Below, piece by piece: positions 60,377 to 64,000 of a DNA stretch of 64,000 bases; the stretch's first letter is position 1, and every line of letters begins with the position of its first letter. The position numbers and the translations under genes were made by a program. Below the pieces are notes generated by a model, which ran no database searches, was not told the DNA's origin, and worked only from the letters and a program-made list of their open reading frames with translations. The stretch is from positions 23,512 through 87,511 of the forward strand of contig JAJDJP010000003.1 of NCBI GenBank assembly GCA_030267215.1, written 5' to 3'. This DNA comes from Ruminococcaceae bacterium OttesenSCG-928-A16 (GTDB lineage: Bacteria; Bacillota; Clostridia; Oscillospirales; Ruminococcaceae).

Positions 60377-60473
60377 AATATTTCCTCTTATTCCCATTTA
60401 TTTAAGCTTAAACTTATTTTAACTGAAACAGACTTTAAATACAATTTGTTTTGCCATTTGAAGGAGAGTTGTT

Positions 60474-61679
60474 ATGAAAAAGGTGTATATTGCAAGCGCA
60501 AAACGTAGCCCGGTTGGTAGCTTTAACGGTGCGCTATCCACTGTGGCAGCGCCAAAGCTGGCTGCCCAAGTGATAAAAAATGTATTGGCCGAAACGGGTG
60601 TTCCGGTTGGGGAGCTAACCGAGGTAATTTGCGGCAACATTTTGCCCGCTGGCCTTGGCCAAGGGCCTGCACGGCAGGCGGCTATGCAGGCGGGCATTCC
60701 GCAAGAGGTGCCCGCATACTCGTTAAACATTGCCTGCGGCAGCGGCATGAAAGCCGTAATGAATGCTGCCGCCGCCATTAAAGCAGGGCTGGGCGAGGTA
60801 TTTGTGGCAGGCGGCATGGAAAACATGAGCATGGCGCCTTACTTAATTCCTGAAGCACGCCAGGGTTTGCGCATGGGCAACAAAGAAATTGTAGACCATA
60901 TGGTGTATGACGCCCTGACGGATGCTTTTCATGGTTACCACATGGGCGTTACCGCCGAAAATGTGGCCGAACGGTATGGCATTACACGCGAGGCACAGGA
61001 TGAGTTTGCCATTCAATCGCAGCAAAAAGCAATTGCGGCCCAGGATGCAGGCGCGTTTAAAAATGAAATTGTGCCCATAACCGTGAAAGGCCGCAAAGAA
61101 GATGTTGTGGTGGCAGAAGACGAGTATATCAACCGAAAAACATCGCTGGAAAAGCTGGCAAGCTTGCGCCCGGCCTTTAAAAAAGAGGGCACCGTAACCG
61201 CGGGCAATGCCTCGGGCATTAACGATGGCGCGGCATTTATGCTGGTAGCCAGCGAAGAGGCCGTGAAAAAATATGGCTTACAACCAATTGCCGAGCTAGT
61301 GGCTTTTGGCCAGGGCGGGGTAGACCCCGCCGTAATGGGCCTTGGCCCTGTGCCTGCCGTGCGCAATGCATTGGCAATGGGCGGCTACAAGCTGGCCGAT
61401 ATTGACCTGATTGAGCTGAATGAGGCGTTTGCCGCGCAAAGCCTTGGCGTAGTGGCAGAGCTTGCCAGCGAGCACGGCATGGAGCAAAGCGAAATTATGG
61501 ACCGCACCAATGTAAATGGCGGTGCTATTGCGCTGGGGCATCCGGTGGGGGCTTCGGGCGCGCGCATTATGGTAACCTTGGCCCACCTAATGCAGGCAAA
61601 GGGCAAAACGCTTGGCCTTGCTAGCCTGTGCATTGGCGGTGGCATGGGTACGGCGGTTATTTTAAAAAAGTGTAATTAG
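60474..61679 (+). CDS. Acetyl-CoA C-acetyltransferase (thiolase II)
   Basis: [11 protein letters not shown] (Cys), [17 protein letters not shown] and CIGGGMG motifs. Confidence 0.95.
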   Translation: MKKVYIASAKRSPVGSFNGALSTVAAPKLAAQVIKNVLAETGVPVGELTEVICGNILPAGLGQGPARQAAMQAGIPQEVPAYSLNIACGSGMKAVMNAAAAIKAGLGEVFVAGGMENMSMAPYLIPEARQGLRMGNKEIVDHMVYDALTDAFHGYHMGVTAENVAERYGITREAQDEFAIQSQQKAIAAQDAGAFKNEIVPITVKGRKEDVVVAEDEYINRKTSLEKLASLRPAFKKEGTVTAGNASGINDGAAFMLVASEEAVKKYGLQPIAELVAFGQGGVDPAVMGLGPVPAVRNALAMGGYKLADIDLIELNEAFAAQSLGVVAELASEHGMEQSEIMDRTNVNGGAIALGHPVGASGARIMVTLAHLMQAKGKTLGLASLCIGGGMGTAVILKKCN

Positions 61680-61726
61680 CAAGGCGCTTAGCTGGGGCAT
61701 ATGGTAAATGCTTAGCGCCTAATGGC

Positions 61727-61758
61727 AAAAAGGGCGGGAGCCTACAGCCCGCCCTTTT
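61727..61758 (+). terminator. Intrinsic terminator after the thiolase gene
   Basis: AAAAAGGGCGGG-9 nt-CCCGCCCTTTT. Confidence 0.75.
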
Positions 61759-61846
61759 ATAAAAATAAGTTTGTTTGTTAATCTACAAACAAAGTATTAT
61801 AAACAGGGTTTTAGGAAAAATATAATTTTTGGAAAGGATGATTGTA

Positions 61847-62272
61847 ATGGAAGGAAAGACGATTTTGGAACTAGCAGTGGGTGACAGCGCCTATGTAGAA
61901 AAGACCATTTCGGAAAGTGATGTTTACCTGTATGCGGGTATTACTGGCGATTTAAACCCCGCCCACGTGAATAGCGTGGAGGCAAAAAAGGGTATTTTTA
62001 AACAGCGTGTGGCCCATGGCATGCTTTCGGCAGGGCTTATTTCGGCTGTGTTGGGTACCCATTTGCCCGGCCCCGGCAGCATTTATTTGGGGCAAGAGCT
62101 AAAGTTTACAAAACCCGTATATTTTGGCGACACAGTGCGTGCCACGGCAACGGTAACACAGGTGAATACCGAAAAGAATATCTGTAAACTTTCTACTATT
62201 TGCACCAACCAACACGGAGAAACCGTGATTGAGGGTGTGGCTACCATTATGCCCACCAAAGCAAAGGCTTAA
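61847..62272 (+). CDS. MaoC/PhaJ-type (R)-specific enoyl-CoA hydratase
   Basis: 141-aa hot-dog protein with the ITGDLNPAH motif, directly upstream of bcd. Confidence 0.85.
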   Translation: MEGKTILELAVGDSAYVEKTISESDVYLYAGITGDLNPAHVNSVEAKKGIFKQRVAHGMLSAGLISAVLGTHLPGPGSIYLGQELKFTKPVYFGDTVRATATVTQVNTEKNICKLSTICTNQHGETVIEGVATIMPTKAKA

Positions 62273-62287
62273 AAAAGGGAGGATAAT

Positions 62288-63427
62288 ATGGATTTTGCAC
62301 TGAGCAAAGAGCAGCAGATGGTGCGCGGGCTTTTTCGCTGCTTTGCCGAGGCCGAAGTAAAGCCCTTGGCACAAGAAGTGGATGAAAATGAGCGCTTCCC
62401 GCGCGAAACGGTTGAAAAAATGAAGAATAGCGGCTTTTTGGGTATTCCGTTTTTGCCAGCGTATGGCGGGCAGGGATGTGACACATTAAGCTATGTGTTG
62501 TGTGTGGAAGAAATGAGCCGTGTGTGTGCCACCACCGGCGTAATTGTAAGTGCCCACACCAGCCTTGGTGCCGAGCCCATTAACAAATATGGCACCGAAG
62601 AGCAGAAGCAAAAGTATTTGGTGCCGCTGGCAAAAGGCGAAAAGCTGGGTGCTTTTGGCCTAACAGAGCCGAATGCCGGCACAGATGCGGCAGGCCAGCA
62701 AACCAAAGCCGTGCTAAACGGCGACCATTATGTTTTAAACGGCAGCAAAATATTTATTACCAACGGCGGCGAGGCCGATATTTATATCATTTTTGCCATG
62801 ACAGACAAAAGCCAAGGAACCCGGGGCATTTCGGCTTTTATTGTAGAAAAAGAGTTTGAGGGGTTTTCGGTTGGCAACAAAGAGAAAAAAATGGGCATTA
62901 GGGGCAGCGCCACCACAGAGCTTGTGTTTGAAAATTGCAGGGTGCCCAAAGAAAACCTGCTGGGCAAAGAGGGCAAAGGCTTTTCGGTTGCCATGGGCAC
63001 GCTGGACGGCGGGCGCATTGGCATTGCCGCCCAGGCGCTGGGCATTGCACAGGGCGCTTTTGATGAAACCGTGACGTATGTAAAAGAGCGCAAGCAGTTT
63101 GGGCGTTCCCTTGCAAAGTTTCAAAATACGCAGTTTCGTTTGGCAGATATGAAGGTGAAAATTGAAGCGACCCGCCTTTTGGTATACAAAGCGGCCCTGG
63201 CCAAAGATAGCGGTGCGCCTTTTAGCGAAGAAGCCGCCATGGCCAAATTGTTTGCCGCCGAAACAGCCATGGAAGTAACCACCCAGTGCGTGCAATTGTT
63301 TGGCGGTTATGGCTATACCCGCGATTACCCGGTAGAGCGCATGATGCGTGATGCCAAGATTACCGAGATATATGAAGGCACCAGCGAAGTGCAGCGCATG
63401 GTTATTGCTGGCGCTGTGCTAAAATAA
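62288..63427 (+). CDS. bcd: Short-chain (butyryl-CoA-type) acyl-CoA dehydrogenase
   Basis: 379-aa ACAD pattern ending in [21 protein letters not shown]. Confidence 0.93.
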   Translation: MDFALSKEQQMVRGLFRCFAEAEVKPLAQEVDENERFPRETVEKMKNSGFLGIPFLPAYGGQGCDTLSYVLCVEEMSRVCATTGVIVSAHTSLGAEPINKYGTEEQKQKYLVPLAKGEKLGAFGLTEPNAGTDAAGQQTKAVLNGDHYVLNGSKIFITNGGEADIYIIFAMTDKSQGTRGISAFIVEKEFEGFSVGNKEKKMGIRGSATTELVFENCRVPKENLLGKEGKGFSVAMGTLDGGRIGIAAQALGIAQGAFDETVTYVKERKQFGRSLAKFQNTQFRLADMKVKIEATRLLVYKAALAKDSGAPFSEEAAMAKLFAAETAMEVTTQCVQLFGGYGYTRDYPVERMMRDAKITEIYEGTSEVQRMVIAGAVLK

Positions 63428-63442
63428 AGGAGGGGAACAGCA

Positions 63443-64000
63443 TTGAATATCATTGTATGCATTAAGCAGGTGCCCGACACCACCGAAGTTCGGCTGAACC
63501 CGGAAACCGGCACGCTGATCCGTGAGGGGATTCCCAGTATTATCAACCCCGACGACAAGGCCGGGCTGGAGGCTGCCCTGCGCATGAAAGACAAAAACGG
63601 TGCCCATGTAACGGTAATTAGCATGGGGCCGCTACAGGCCGACGATGCCCTGCGTGAAGCGCTGGCCATGGGGGCCGATGAAGCGGTTTTGGTAACCGAC
63701 CGCGCCTTTGGTGGCGCCGATACCTGGGCCACCAGTTCCACATTGGCCTCGGCCATTAAAACCCTGCCGTACGATTTGATTATTACCGGCCGGCAAGCCA
63801 TTGATGGCGACACTGCCCAGGTGGGCCCGCAAATTGCCGAGCACTTGGGCCTTGCCAACATTAGCTATGCCGAAGAAATGGAAACGGATGGCAAGAGCGT
63901 GACGGTGAAGCGGCAGTTTGAAGACCGCTACCACATTATTAAAGCCCCGCTGCCCTGCCTTGTTACAGCATTAAGCGAGCTTGCTCAGCCCCGTTATATG
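63443..64000 (+). CDS. etfB: Electron transfer flavoprotein beta subunit (partial, continues beyond the window)
   Basis: My own translation from the TTG at 63443 reads NIIVCIKQVPDTTEVRLNPETG...ITGRQAIDGDTAQVGP. AGGAGGGG SD. No stop before the window ends. Confidence 0.9.
   Translation, partial: MNIIVCIKQVPDTTEVRLNPETGTLIREGIPSIINPDDKAGLEAALRMKDKNGAHVTVISMGPLQADDALREALAMGADEAVLVTDRAFGGADTWATSSTLASAIKTLPYDLIITGRQAIDGDTAQVGPQIAEHLGLANISYAEEMETDGKSVTVKRQFEDRYHIIKAPLPCLVTALSELAQPRYM

Noticed and set aside
49556-60400. Impression that the liv-type and KASIII/CoA-transferase region is lower in G+C than its neighbours (possible island).
   Set aside because: This was judged only by eye. No integrase, tRNA or flanking repeats mark a boundary. 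It needs a sliding-window GC and codon-usage calculation before any claim.

Overview
Chromosomal segment of a moderately GC-rich anaerobic Firmicute; assignment to Clostridia is inferred from gene content (glgBCDA with glgD, nrdD-nrdG, bcd-etfB, LemA/DUF2207). Most of it is housekeeping: nahK-like kinase, lepA, the glycogen operon, dCMP deaminase, glpK, the nrd operon behind NrdR boxes, gpmA, lepB, rimI-tsaD, polA, dusB, tex, LemA plus two DUF2207 paralogues, PBP1A, a Liv-type ABC importer, and a thiolase/bcd/etfB acyl-CoA cluster cut by the right edge. I saw no rRNA, tRNA, CRISPR array, integrase or prophage genes. Points worth a second look: (1) nrdD lacks its glycyl-radical domain, which sits on a separate 52-codon ORF missed by the ORF track. 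(2) A five-gene FkbH-ACP-MaoC-SDR-GNAT cassette looks like a free-standing pathway for an ACP-bound C3 acyl group. (3) A 4.3-copy 120-bp tandem array with conserved hairpins lies upstream of rimI. (4) An orphan promoter-to-terminator unit looks like a C-rich sRNA. (5) There are two short dispersed repeat families, one with a clean target-site duplication. (6) The butyryl-CoA-type cluster uses R-specific enzyme families in place of crt and hbd, with twin palindromic operators nearby. (7) Lys/Ala/Pro-rich tails recur on unrelated proteins. All functional calls come from motif recognition by eye; no searches were run.
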